From: Eubacteriales bacterium
GTDB taxonomy: Bacteria > Bacillota > Clostridia > Oscillospirales > SIG627
Length of the DNA: 35,336 nt
Assembly: GCA_045595105.1 (NCBI GenBank)
Contig: JAZNZV010000083.1
Span: 1-35,336 of the forward strand
Direction: 5' to 3'
The notes beneath the pieces are model-generated. The model did not search any database. It worked only from the letters and a program-made list of their open reading frames with translations, and was not told where the DNA came from. The translations under genes were made by a program, and so were the position numbers. This document shows, one piece after another, positions 9,295 to 18,427 of this stretch. The number at the start of each line of letters is the position of its first letter. The stretch's first letter is position 1.

Positions 9295-9777
9295 ATGAAT
9301 TACACCGACATAAAGGATTTTAATCCCTTTCTCAGAATCGGTTCGGATTGGGCGCTTCTCGGTGCCGTTATGGGAGAGCGTAAAAACGCCATGACAGTAA
9401 GCTGGGGAGATGCGGGAGTACTTTGGAATAAGCCCATATTCACAGTATACGTTCGTCCTACACGCTATACATACCACCTTATAGAAGGAAGCGACATAGC
9501 TACTCTTTCGTTCTTCGACGAGTCAATGAAAAAGACTCTTTCCTATTTCGGAAGAGTCAGCGGTAAGGATGAGGACAAATTCGCATATTCAAAAATAGAG
9601 CATCATATAGAAGACGGAGCGCTGATGTTCGACCGTGCAAAGCTTACTCTTGTTGGAAGGAAGCTTTATTATTCGGATATCGACCCAAGGCACTTTAAGG
9701 ACGAAGCTATCGACTTAAACTATTCGGGCGATTACCACAGAGCTTATACTTATGAAATAATAAAGGTGTGTCAATGA
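9295..9777 (+). CDS. Flavin reductase-like (flavoredoxin) protein
   Basis: NAMTVSWG, VYVRPTRYT, FGRVSGKDEDK motifs. Confidence 0.85.
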   Translation: MNYTDIKDFNPFLRIGSDWALLGAVMGERKNAMTVSWGDAGVLWNKPIFTVYVRPTRYTYHLIEGSDIATLSFFDESMKKTLSYFGRVSGKDEDKFAYSKIEHHIEDGALMFDRAKLTLVGRKLYYSDIDPRHFKDEAIDLNYSGDYHRAYTYEIIKVCQ

Positions 9778-9789
9778 CACACCTGCATT

Positions 9790-9815
9790 AAAAAAAGCCC
9801 GAAAGGGCTTTTTTT
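9790..9815. terminator. Bidirectional terminator
   Basis: A7-GCCC-GAAA-GGGC-T7 between convergent genes. Confidence 0.85.
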
Positions 9816-11586
9816 AAATGTCGTATTTGATTTCAAATTTGCTCTTCCACTGTGCACACTGTGCCATGAAGTCGGAGTCGGGCTCGGTCTTGACAGAGTG
9901 AAGATACTCGTGAGTGTCGAAGGTGCCGTGTGCCGCTTCTATCATTGCAACCGCTATGTTCGAGCAGTGGTCGGAAATTCTCTCACAGTTAGTCAGAAGG
10001 TCTGTGAGGACAAAGCCTAGCTCGATAGTACAGCTTCCCTTCTGGAGACGGGAAATATGTCTTGTTCTTATCTCGTTAATGAGAGCGTCAATGACCTGTT
10101 CAAGAGGCTCGATGGTTTTTGCAAGCGCAAGGTCGCCTGTCTGGAAAGCACGTGTAGTGTTGGAAAGAATTTGCGTTACAGCCTCTGTAAGAGTTTTCAG
10201 CTCGTTTCTCGCTTCATGGGAGAAGGATATCTTCTTTTCATACATTTCACGGGAGACGTCAACAAGGTTTTCGGCGTGGTCGCCTATACGCTCAAGGTCG
10301 GTGATGACGTGAAGGAGAAGAGATACGTTTTTTGCGTCACTGTCCGAGAGCTGACACTTGGAAAGCTTTACAAGATAGGTTCCAAGTCTGTCCTCGTAGT
10401 TGTCAAGTACCCCTTCAAGCTCAACGATTTCCTTTGCCTTTTCATCGTCAAATCTATCAAGGAGTCTTATAGCGTCAAGCACCGAGTTCTCGGCAAGAGC
10501 ACCCATAGTTCTCGATGCAGAAAGGGCATTTCCTACTGCAATGGAAGGTACGGTGAGAAGTCTGTCGTCGAGGAAAGCGGATTTCTCCTTGTCGTCCTGT
10601 ACGCTCTCTTCCTTGTCCTTGATGATAATACAAGCACACTTTTCGAGAAGCTTCGAGAAGGGGAAGAGAATGAGCGTTGACACAACGTTGAAGACAGAAT
10701 GAATTACAGCAATGCTGAAGGGTGTGACAGGGCTGTTTTCAAAGGTAAACTCAACAAATGCTCCCGTTATTGCCCAAAGAGAGAGAAGAATGACGGTACC
10801 GATGCAGTTGAAGAGAAGGTGTACTACGGCAACTCTTCTTGCATTTCTTCCTGCACCAACGGAGGAAATCATGGCGGTGACACAGGTACCGATATTCTGA
10901 CCCATAATAATGGGGATAGCAGATGAATAAGTAATAGAGCCTGTCATAGAAAGTGCCTGCAATACACCCACAGATGCCGAAGAGGATTGTATAATTGCGG
11001 TGAATATTGCACCTGCAAGGACACCGAGAACAGGATTGGAAAAAGCGGTGAGTATACTTGCAAACTGAGGCATATCCGCTAAAGGCTCAACGGCGGAGGA
11101 CATGAAGTCCATGCCGTACATAAGTACTGCAAAGCCGACACAGATAGAGCCGATATCACGCCTTGACTGCTTCTTTGAAGTCATTATAAGGAGTATTCCT
11201 ACAAAGGCAACGATAGGAGAAAAGCTTTCGGGCTTCATAAGCCTAAGGAAGAAGGAATTACTTTCTATTCCCGTAAGGCTGAGCAGCCACGCTGTGATTG
11301 TGGTACCGACATTAGAGCCCATTGTTATGGAAATCGCCTGAGAAAGTCCCATAATGCCTGAGTTTACAAGACCTACAAGCATGACCGTAACAGCAGAGGA
11401 TGATTGGATAATGGCAGTAATTACGGCACCGAGAGTAAGTCCCTTTAGAGGGTTTGAGGTAAGCTTTCTGAGTATCCCCTCTATCTTGCCACCTGCAAGC
11501 TTTTCAAGAGAATTTGACAGAACGTGCATTCCGTAAAGGAAGAGAGCAAGTCCGCCAAACAGACTTATAACTGAAAAAATATCCAT
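9814..11586 (-). CDS. Na/Pi cotransporter with C-terminal PhoU-like domains
   Basis: Two TAIIQSSSA repeats, GSNVGTT/GQNIGT, DLERIGDHAEN and ERISDHCSNIA. Confidence 0.93.
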   Translation of the reverse strand: MDIFSVISLFGGLALFLYGMHVLSNSLEKLAGGKIEGILRKLTSNPLKGLTLGAVITAIIQSSSAVTVMLVGLVNSGIMGLSQAISITMGSNVGTTITAWLLSLTGIESNSFFLRLMKPESFSPIVAFVGILLIMTSKKQSRRDIGSICVGFAVLMYGMDFMSSAVEPLADMPQFASILTAFSNPVLGVLAGAIFTAIIQSSSASVGVLQALSMTGSITYSSAIPIIMGQNIGTCVTAMISSVGAGRNARRVAVVHLLFNCIGTVILLSLWAITGAFVEFTFENSPVTPFSIAVIHSVFNVVSTLILFPFSKLLEKCACIIIKDKEESVQDDKEKSAFLDDRLLTVPSIAVGNALSASRTMGALAENSVLDAIRLLDRFDDEKAKEIVELEGVLDNYEDRLGTYLVKLSKCQLSDSDAKNVSLLLHVITDLERIGDHAENLVDVSREMYEKKISFSHEARNELKTLTEAVTQILSNTTRAFQTGDLALAKTIEPLEQVIDALINEIRTRHISRLQKGSCTIELGFVLTDLLTNCERISDHCSNIAVAMIEAAHGTFDTHEYLHSVKTEPDSDFMAQCAQWKSKFEIKYDI

Positions 11587-11603
11587 ATTTTAATTTCCTT
11601 TCT

Positions 11604-12263
11604 TTAGAGCACCTTTTGTCCGTTTATGTTAAGTGAAAAGGTAAGCCCAAGCTTTTCTGCGGCATTTCTGCACATGACCATTCTTCCAAGGAATATTTCA
11701 AAGTAGTTCATAACCGAGCCTACCGACGTATCAATTCTGAGGTTTAAGGTCAAGATTTTATTTTCGGTATCGATTTGGGTCTTACCTTCCTCTACCGAAT
11801 AATTTACTCTGTCGTGAATATCGAAGGAGGACTTGTCGGTGTTTCTCACTCTTGAGCGTCTTACGTCGGTTTTGTCGGCGAGAATGAGAGCGGCGGCAAC
11901 GGCATTCACTGCAACTCCCGTTCCTTCGTCATGATTGCCTATGGCGGTAACCACGGTCGCTACGTCCTCAGCAGGCATTCCGAGATTGTCAAGTATTCTG
12001 AACGCCATGATAGCACCGCTTTGAGAGTGGTCCTCTCGGTTTACAAGATTTCCTATATCGTGCATATACCCCGCAATCTTGGCAAGGTCTATGGTGTGCT
12101 CGTCATACCCTAAGGTCTCGAGAATTTTACCGCTGTCATGCGCAACCTTGCCCACGTGAGCAAAGCTGTGCTCGGTGTAGCCAAGGCAGATAAGAGACTC
12201 GTCAGCCTTTTTTATATACGTCTTTATTTCTTCGTTTTTCTTTATATCTTCAAAGGTTATCAT
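11604..12263 (-). CDS. HD-domain phosphohydrolase
   Basis: EHSFAH...MHDIGN...NHDE...LADKTD; ATG directly abuts the kinase stop codon. Confidence 0.88.
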   Translation of the reverse strand: MITFEDIKKNEEIKTYIKKADESLICLGYTEHSFAHVGKVAHDSGKILETLGYDEHTIDLAKIAGYMHDIGNLVNREDHSQSGAIMAFRILDNLGMPAEDVATVVTAIGNHDEGTGVAVNAVAAALILADKTDVRRSRVRNTDKSSFDIHDRVNYSVEEGKTQIDTENKILTLNLRIDTSVGSVMNYFEIFLGRMVMCRNAAEKLGLTFSLNINGQKVL

Positions 12264-13295
12264 TTAAAACACTATCCTTATTGTAGTTCCCTCGCCAAGA
12301 GTGCTCTTTACCGAAAGTCCAGCTCCGAAGAATTTTGCTCCGTGCTTTACTATGGAAAGACCAAGTCCCGTTCCGCCAATCTCCTTGGAGTGGCTCTTGT
12401 CCGCTCGCCAGAAGCGTTCAAATATGTGAGGGATATCGTTTTCGGCAATGCCTATACCCGTGTCGCTGACCTCAAACTCAACGCCGTCAATTCTTTGCTT
12501 TATTCTTATATTGACCTTTCCGTCTTGCTTGTTGTATTTGACTGCATTGTCGAGAACGTTGAATATCATCTCTTCAACTATCTGCTCACCACCTGTTATG
12601 ACAGGCTTGTCGCCGGTGATGGTGAAGGTGACGTTTTTTTCCTTTGCCTGAAGCTCAAGCTGACCTATTATAGATTTTGTCAAGTCGTACAGGTCGATAT
12701 CTTCTATCTTGACCTGAATGTCCTTGCCGTCAAGCTGAGAAAGCTTTATTATATCACCCACCAGAGTTATAAGTCGGTGGGCTTCATCGTATATCCTTCC
12801 TGCAAATTTTGAGACGTCCTCTTCTTTTACAAGTCCGTCACGCAGCAGCTCGGAGTAGCCCTTGATGCTTGTGAGTGGCGTTTTAAGCTCGTGAGACACG
12901 TTGGCGGTGAAATCACGCCTGAGATTGTCCTGCTCCTCGTGGAGCACTTCAATGTCTTTAAGCTTGTCCGAGGTCTCTTTTTCTTTTTTTATTATCTTGT
13001 TTCTCAGCTCGAGAAGCTCTCCGTATACCTCGTTTGCATAAGGGTTGTCAAGGTCAATGGAATTAATCTTTTTTGCGATTTTTTCGGAGGACTTAACTGC
13101 CATAATGAGAGACGTCAGTGTGAGCGTTACAATGCCCACCGACAAAAGCCCCATAAAGGCATATCCTACCTTAAAGTCCATGAGATATATGAGAATGAAA
13201 GCCAAAGCCGATAAAATGAGAGTGACAGCCGAAACCTTCAAAGCGACACTCAGTATTTCACGGCTGACGGTATTCTTTTTCTTCACCTTAGTCAC
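12264..13295 (-). CDS. Sensor histidine kinase, PhoR-like
   Basis: FTANVSHELKTPLTSI H-box, NAVKYN, DTGIGI, FERFWRADKSHS, GGTGLGLSIVKH; two N-terminal TM helices. Confidence 0.92.
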   Translation of the reverse strand: MTKVKKKNTVSREILSVALKVSAVTLILSALAFILIYLMDFKVGYAFMGLLSVGIVTLTLTSLIMAVKSSEKIAKKINSIDLDNPYANEVYGELLELRNKIIKKEKETSDKLKDIEVLHEEQDNLRRDFTANVSHELKTPLTSIKGYSELLRDGLVKEEDVSKFAGRIYDEAHRLITLVGDIIKLSQLDGKDIQVKIEDIDLYDLTKSIIGQLELQAKEKNVTFTITGDKPVITGGEQIVEEMIFNVLDNAVKYNKQDGKVNIRIKQRIDGVEFEVSDTGIGIAENDIPHIFERFWRADKSHSKEIGGTGLGLSIVKHGAKFFGAGLSVKSTLGEGTTIRIVF

Positions 13296-13966
13296 CTCTT
13301 TTCTGAAATCTTGTAGCCTACCCCTCGCACCGTCTCGATAAGCTCACCTGCAACGCCAAGCTTTTGTCTGAGTGTGCGTATGTGTACGTCTACCGTTCTG
13401 CTTTCCCCGTCGAAGGAGTAGCCCCATATAGTGTTGAGAAGCTGGTCACGGGTAAGGACTATGCCAATGTTCTTTAAAAGCATAGTAAGTATTTCAAATT
13501 CCTTGTAAGTCAAGGTAACTTCTTTTTCTTCAACCGTTACAATATGTCTTTCGGGGCAGACGTAGAGAGGACCTATCGTGTATTCAAAAAGCTCCTTGTC
13601 TCGTTTTTCCGCCCTGAGTCTTGCCTTTACTCTCGCCACAAGCTCCATTACTCCGAAGGGCTTTGCAATATAATCGTCAGCCCCAAGCTCAAAGCCTTGT
13701 ACCTTGTCTATCTCCGAGCTTTTCGCCGAAAGCATAATGACGGGTATATTTGCGGTGGCAGTGTTGTTTTTAAGCTTTGCGAGAATGCTCAGCCCGTCCT
13801 CTTCGGGTAACATAATATCGAGAAGCACCAAAGACGGCGCTTTTTCTTCCATACCTTTCCAGAAAGAGAGAGGATTGTCAAAGCTTTTTGCTTCAAGTCC
13901 CATATTGCAGAGAGCGTAGGTGACAAGCTCTCTTATGTTTTTGTCATCTTCTACGAGATATATCAA
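13292..13966 (-). CDS. OmpR-family response regulator, PhoP/PhoB-like
   Basis: VEDD, LLDIMLP, GADDYIAKPF, SRTVDVHIRTLRQKL; GGAGG SD 8 nt before TTG at 13966. Confidence 0.93.
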   Translation of the reverse strand: MIYLVEDDKNIRELVTYALCNMGLEAKSFDNPLSFWKGMEEKAPSLVLLDIMLPEEDGLSILAKLKNNTATANIPVIMLSAKSSEIDKVQGFELGADDYIAKPFGVMELVARVKARLRAEKRDKELFEYTIGPLYVCPERHIVTVEEKEVTLTYKEFEILTMLLKNIGIVLTRDQLLNTIWGYSFDGESRTVDVHIRTLRQKLGVAGELIETVRGVGYKISEKR

Positions 13967-14023
13967 TACAAATACCTCCAAAAACGGATTTTGGCATATT
14001 TTAGCAAACCATTTCAAAACTTA

Positions 14024-14052
14024 GACGAAATTCCGGTTAAATGTATGTTAAA
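14024..14052 (-). promoter_or_regulatory. Pho-box-like direct repeat
   Basis: TTTAACA-taca-TTTAACC-ggaa-TTTCGTC with an 11-bp period, upstream of TGcTAAAAT (-10 at 14003-13998). Confidence 0.6.
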
Positions 14053-14064
14053 CTTTTCATCTCC

Positions 14065-14093
14065 ATTATAGTTTATTATTTGCTGTTTTGCAA
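14065..14093 (-). promoter_or_regulatory. SigA promoter of the two-component/phosphate operon
   Basis: TTGCAA-17-TATAAT. Confidence 0.75.
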
Positions 14094-14134
14094 GAAAAAA
14101 TAAGGTTTATGTGTAAAATACTACACATAAACCT
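14094..14134 (-). terminator. Terminator of the glycogen operon
   Basis: 13-bp stem AGGTTTATGTGTA/TACACATAAACCT followed by TATTTTTT. Confidence 0.8.
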
Positions 14135-14138
14135 ATAC

Positions 14139-15956
14139 TTATTTTACAATATATGATTTCGGTGGAATTTTCATCCCTTTTACCGACTTTTCGCTGTCAC
14201 CCACGTTAATCGCCACAGTCAAGGAGTCCTTGTCCTTTTTACGGCGATAGATGATACAGTCCTCATCCTTGTAGATGAATTCAAAGGAGCCGTCCTTGAG
14301 GCAGGAGTGCTTATGTCTGAGCCTTCCAAGCTCCTTATAGTGCTTTATAAGCTCCTCTTCCTCACATCCCCAAGGGTAGGGAAGTCGGCAGAATGGGTCG
14401 TGGTAGCCCTCAAGTCCTGCTTCGTCTCCGTAATATACCGAAGGAAATCCAAAGACGGTATACTGAATGACAGAGGCTATTTTCAAGAGTGAAATAGCTT
14501 CTCTTCTCTTTTCCTTTGACATTCTGAGGGTTGCAAGCTCGTCGTTGTCCCGACCCTCGCCTGCGCTCTTATCACCGAGAAGTGTGAGCATTCTTTCGGT
14601 GTCATGGGTAGAGATGATGTTCATGAGGGAATTGGATATTTCGAGAGGATAGCTTGCGTAAAGCTCGGTGAGAGCGTTATAAAAGGTTTCGGTGTCGCCC
14701 TCGGTGAGAAGTGCAAGAATAGCCGAGCGCAAGGGGTAATTCATTACGCTGTCAAGCTGACCGCCGTGAAAATACTTTCTTCTCACGCCATAGGAAATCT
14801 TCGTTACCGCATTTTCCCAGACCTCGCCGATAATAGCCTTATTGCCATGGGACTTCACTTCCCCGCAAAACTCGTCGAGGAAGGTGTCCGAAAGCTCGTC
14901 GGCAACGTCAAGACGCCAGCCGTCAGCCCCTCTTTCAAGCCATTTTTTGGCAATGTTCTTAGTGAAATATTTTCTGCAGTTATCCTCGCTGTGCTGAAGC
15001 CTTGGCATTATTTCAATACCCCACCAAGCCTCATAGCTGTCGGGGAAGTCGGTGAAGTTAAACCACCTGTGATAGGGGGAGTCCTCCGACTGATATGCCC
15101 CCACCTCTTCATATTCTCCATAGCGGTTGAAGTAACGGCTGTTGTCTCCCGTGTGATTGAAAACGCCGTCAATGATGACCTTCATTCCATGCTTGTGGCA
15201 TTCCTTGATAAGGGTGTCAAACGCCTCGTCACCGCCGAGAATGGAGTCTATCTTTTCGTAGTCACCCGTATCGTAGCGATGATTTGACACCGATTCAAAT
15301 ATGGGAGATAAGTAAATAATGCTGACCCCAAGCTTTTTAAGGTAGGGAAGCTTTTCTATAACGCCCCAGAGATTTCCTCCGAAGAAAACGTCGTTTGAAA
15401 GAGGGTCGCCTGCTTTTTTTGCATATTGGGGAATACCGTTCTCCCAGTCCTCGTTGAGCCTTCCGTGAAGCGTTACCTCACCCTTGCCACGGCAAAATCT
15501 GTCAACAAAGATATGATACATCACCCCACCCTTCATAAAGTCGGGGGTAGAGAGGGAGGGGGAGTGAACGAGGAGAGTAAATTTACTTTCACTTCTGTCT
15601 GACAGGGTAAAGTCTACGTTATTGACACTTGAAGAAAAGAGGGTATCCACACCTCTCAAAAAGAGGAATTCATAAAAATAAAGACCTCGTTTTTTAAGAG
15701 GAAGAGTGACGGAGTAAGAGTCTGTACCAAGACTTGTATCCTTAAACTCAAAGGGCAGGTCAAGTGTGGGCTCGCCGTCGGGGTTTATTCTCAGCACAAC
15801 TCCAGATGCTCCCAATATCCTTGGCACCTCAAGGGTAAAGGTCAGCCTTTCACCCTCGGGAAAAGCGCCGAGAAGTGTCACGTTTTTGGCGTGACACTTC
15901 TTTGTAAGGCGTATTTTAATATCTTTTTCCAGTTTTGTGTGATTAGCTGTAATCAT
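14139..15956 (-). CDS. GH13 neopullulanase/amylopullulanase-type glycosidase
   Basis: DGVFNH, GWRLDVADE, GEVWE, STHDTER catalytic regions. Confidence 0.92.
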   Translation of the reverse strand: MITANHTKLEKDIKIRLTKKCHAKNVTLLGAFPEGERLTFTLEVPRILGASGVVLRINPDGEPTLDLPFEFKDTSLGTDSYSVTLPLKKRGLYFYEFLFLRGVDTLFSSSVNNVDFTLSDRSESKFTLLVHSPSLSTPDFMKGGVMYHIFVDRFCRGKGEVTLHGRLNEDWENGIPQYAKKAGDPLSNDVFFGGNLWGVIEKLPYLKKLGVSIIYLSPIFESVSNHRYDTGDYEKIDSILGGDEAFDTLIKECHKHGMKVIIDGVFNHTGDNSRYFNRYGEYEEVGAYQSEDSPYHRWFNFTDFPDSYEAWWGIEIMPRLQHSEDNCRKYFTKNIAKKWLERGADGWRLDVADELSDTFLDEFCGEVKSHGNKAIIGEVWENAVTKISYGVRRKYFHGGQLDSVMNYPLRSAILALLTEGDTETFYNALTELYASYPLEISNSLMNIISTHDTERMLTLLGDKSAGEGRDNDELATLRMSKEKRREAISLLKIASVIQYTVFGFPSVYYGDEAGLEGYHDPFCRLPYPWGCEEEELIKHYKELGRLRHKHSCLKDGSFEFIYKDEDCIIYRRKKDKDSLTVAINVGDSEKSVKGMKIPPKSYIVK

Positions 15957-18379
15957 TATTTAACTTTCTTCAAATTCCAGAATTTAGAAGCGTATTCCTC
16001 TATGCATCTGTCGGCTGCAAAGTAGCCCGATGATGCGATATTGATAAGGGACATACGGTTCCACTTTTCACGCTCACGATAGGTTAATATCGCCTCTCTG
16101 TGTGTCAGATGGTATGACTCAAAGTCTGCAAGACACATATAGGGGTCTGCAACGCCGTGAGCGTTGAGAAGGTAGGACGCTATATCTGCAAAGGATTCAC
16201 CTGCAAAGCCCTTAGCAAGGCGGTCGATGATAGCACGCAGTCTCGGGTTTGTGGTGTAGTAGTTTGCGGAGTTGTAGCCCGACAGCCACAAGCCTTCGAC
16301 CTCACTTGCAGTAAGACCGAAAATAAACATATTTTCACTGCCTGTTGCCGCCTGCATTTCAACGTTGGCTCCGTCCAGCGTTCCGATAGTAAGCGCTCCG
16401 TTTATCATAAGCTTCATACAGCCCGTACCGCTTGCCTCTTTACCTGCAAGGGAAATCTGCTCGCTTATTTCGGCAGAGGGAATGAGAGCCTCGGCAAGGC
16501 TTACGTTGTAGTCCTCAAGGAATACTACGCTGAGCTTGTCCTTTATTTTGGGATTCTTTTCTATATCCTTTGACAGACAGCAGATAAGCTTGATAATTCT
16601 CTTTGCCATATCATAGCCCGGTGCCGCTTTGGCTCCGAAAATAAAGGTCTGGGGCTGAAGGTCAAGGTCGGGATTGTTTTCAAGGTCAATATAAAGACCG
16701 ATGATATTGAGAGCGTTGAGAAGCTGACGCTTGTACTCGTGAAGACGCTTTATCTGTACGTCGAACACCGAGTGAGTGTTGAGCTTCTGTCCCGTCTTGT
16801 TTGATATAAGATTTGCAAAATCGATTTTATTCTGATGCTTTACGGCTCTCAGCTTTTCAAGAACTGCCTTATCATCGGCAAACTTTTTGAGCTCTTCAAG
16901 CTTTTCGGGCTCTTTTCTGTACCCATCTCCGATGCACTCTTCAATGAGAGAGGCAAGTCTCGGGTTGGAGTAGCACAGCCAACGTCTGTGAGCAATACCG
17001 TTTGTTACGTTGTCAAAACGGTTGGGATACATTTTATAAAAGGGCTTAAAGGTAGAATCCTTTAAAATCTGAGAGTGAAGCTTTGATACGCCGTTTATAG
17101 AGTGGGATGCAATAACCGACAGGTTTGCCATTCTCACTTCTCCGTTGGCGATAATGCTCATATTGGATATAATGTCCCAGTTTCCGGGGAATGCTTCCCA
17201 AGCCTCACGGCAGAAGCGCTCGTTTATTTCCTTTATGATAGAGTGAATTCTTGGAAGCTTTAAGCGGAATAAGTCCTCGTTCCACTTCTCAAGTGCCTCG
17301 GGCATTACAGTGTGATTGGTGTAGGACACCGTCTTTGTCACAATATCCCACGCTCTCTCCCAGGTGTAGAAGTATTCGTCAATAAGGATACGCATAAGCT
17401 CGGGTACAACGAGAGCAGGGTGAGTATCGTTGATGTGAATAGCTACCTTGTCAGGGAGATTGTCAAGAGTTTTGTAAAGTGCCATGTGGTCACGGATAAT
17501 GCTCTGTACCGATGCCGACACAAGGAAATACTGCTGAGAAAGTCGGAGAAGCTTACCCTCAGTATGATTGTCCGAGGGGTAAAGCACCTTGGAGATAATA
17601 TCTGCATTTGTGCTTTCCTCAAGTGCCTTTGTATACTGTCCTTGGGTGAAGAGACCCATGTTGAAGTTCTGAATATCACGTGCTTTCCACAGTCTGAGCT
17701 GGCTTACCGCCCCGGAGTCTGCTCCCGATATCATCATATCGTAGGGCACGGCTTCGATTTCTTCGGCATTTTCATAGAGTATCTCAAGGTGTCCGTCACG
17801 CCAGTTTTCGACAACCTTTCCTCCGAATTTAACCTTGTATACTCTGTCTGTACGGGGTACAAGCCAAACCTCTCCACCGGGGAGCCATACGTCGGGAAGC
17901 TCAAGCTGCATTCCGTCAACTATCATCTGCTTGAAAAGTCCGTACTCATAGCAGATAGAAAATCCTGTTGCGGGATAGTCGAGACTTGAAAGAGAGTCCA
18001 TGAAGCAAGCGGCAAGTCTGCCAAGACCTCCGTTGCCAAGCCCTGCATCGGGCTCGCAGGAATAAAGCTCTTCAAGGTCGAACCCAAGAGACTTCATTGC
18101 TTCCTTGTAGGAGTCGGCAAGTCCTAAATTGTGGAGATTTGTCTTCAGACTTCTTCCCACAAGGAACTCCATACACATATAGTAAATACGTTTAGCGCCT
18201 TTATCGTTTACTTTTTTCTTAAAGGCGGCACGCTTTTCGGTAAGAATATTTTTGACGGTTATTGCCGCCGCTTTATACATCTGTTCGCAGGATGCCTCGT
18301 CGGGAGAACAGCCAAAATGTCTTTGAAGTACGTTTTCTATTTGTTCTCTTACCTTAGCGCTGCTTGTTATTTCGTTCAT
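15956..18379 (-). CDS. glgP: Glycogen phosphorylase
   Basis: GLGNGGLGRLAACF, NDTHP, QIKRLHEYKRQ, EASGTGCMK; GGAGG SD before ATG 18379. Confidence 0.97.
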   Translation of the reverse strand: MNEITSSAKVREQIENVLQRHFGCSPDEASCEQMYKAAAITVKNILTEKRAAFKKKVNDKGAKRIYYMCMEFLVGRSLKTNLHNLGLADSYKEAMKSLGFDLEELYSCEPDAGLGNGGLGRLAACFMDSLSSLDYPATGFSICYEYGLFKQMIVDGMQLELPDVWLPGGEVWLVPRTDRVYKVKFGGKVVENWRDGHLEILYENAEEIEAVPYDMMISGADSGAVSQLRLWKARDIQNFNMGLFTQGQYTKALEESTNADIISKVLYPSDNHTEGKLLRLSQQYFLVSASVQSIIRDHMALYKTLDNLPDKVAIHINDTHPALVVPELMRILIDEYFYTWERAWDIVTKTVSYTNHTVMPEALEKWNEDLFRLKLPRIHSIIKEINERFCREAWEAFPGNWDIISNMSIIANGEVRMANLSVIASHSINGVSKLHSQILKDSTFKPFYKMYPNRFDNVTNGIAHRRWLCYSNPRLASLIEECIGDGYRKEPEKLEELKKFADDKAVLEKLRAVKHQNKIDFANLISNKTGQKLNTHSVFDVQIKRLHEYKRQLLNALNIIGLYIDLENNPDLDLQPQTFIFGAKAAPGYDMAKRIIKLICCLSKDIEKNPKIKDKLSVVFLEDYNVSLAEALIPSAEISEQISLAGKEASGTGCMKLMINGALTIGTLDGANVEMQAATGSENMFIFGLTASEVEGLWLSGYNSANYYTTNPRLRAIIDRLAKGFAGESFADIASYLLNAHGVADPYMCLADFESYHLTHREAILTYREREKWNRMSLINIASSGYFAADRCIEEYASKFWNLKKVK

Positions 18380-18427
18380 TAATTTCCTCCGTGTTCCTTT
18401 TAAATGCAAGGTGCATTTTTGCGGTTG

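Noticed and set aside
13967-14017. Longer ORF-track starts (14017; also 3125, 18409, 24165, 25812, 30409)
   Set aside because: Downstream starts have proper SD sequences, and several of the longer starts overlap predicted promoters
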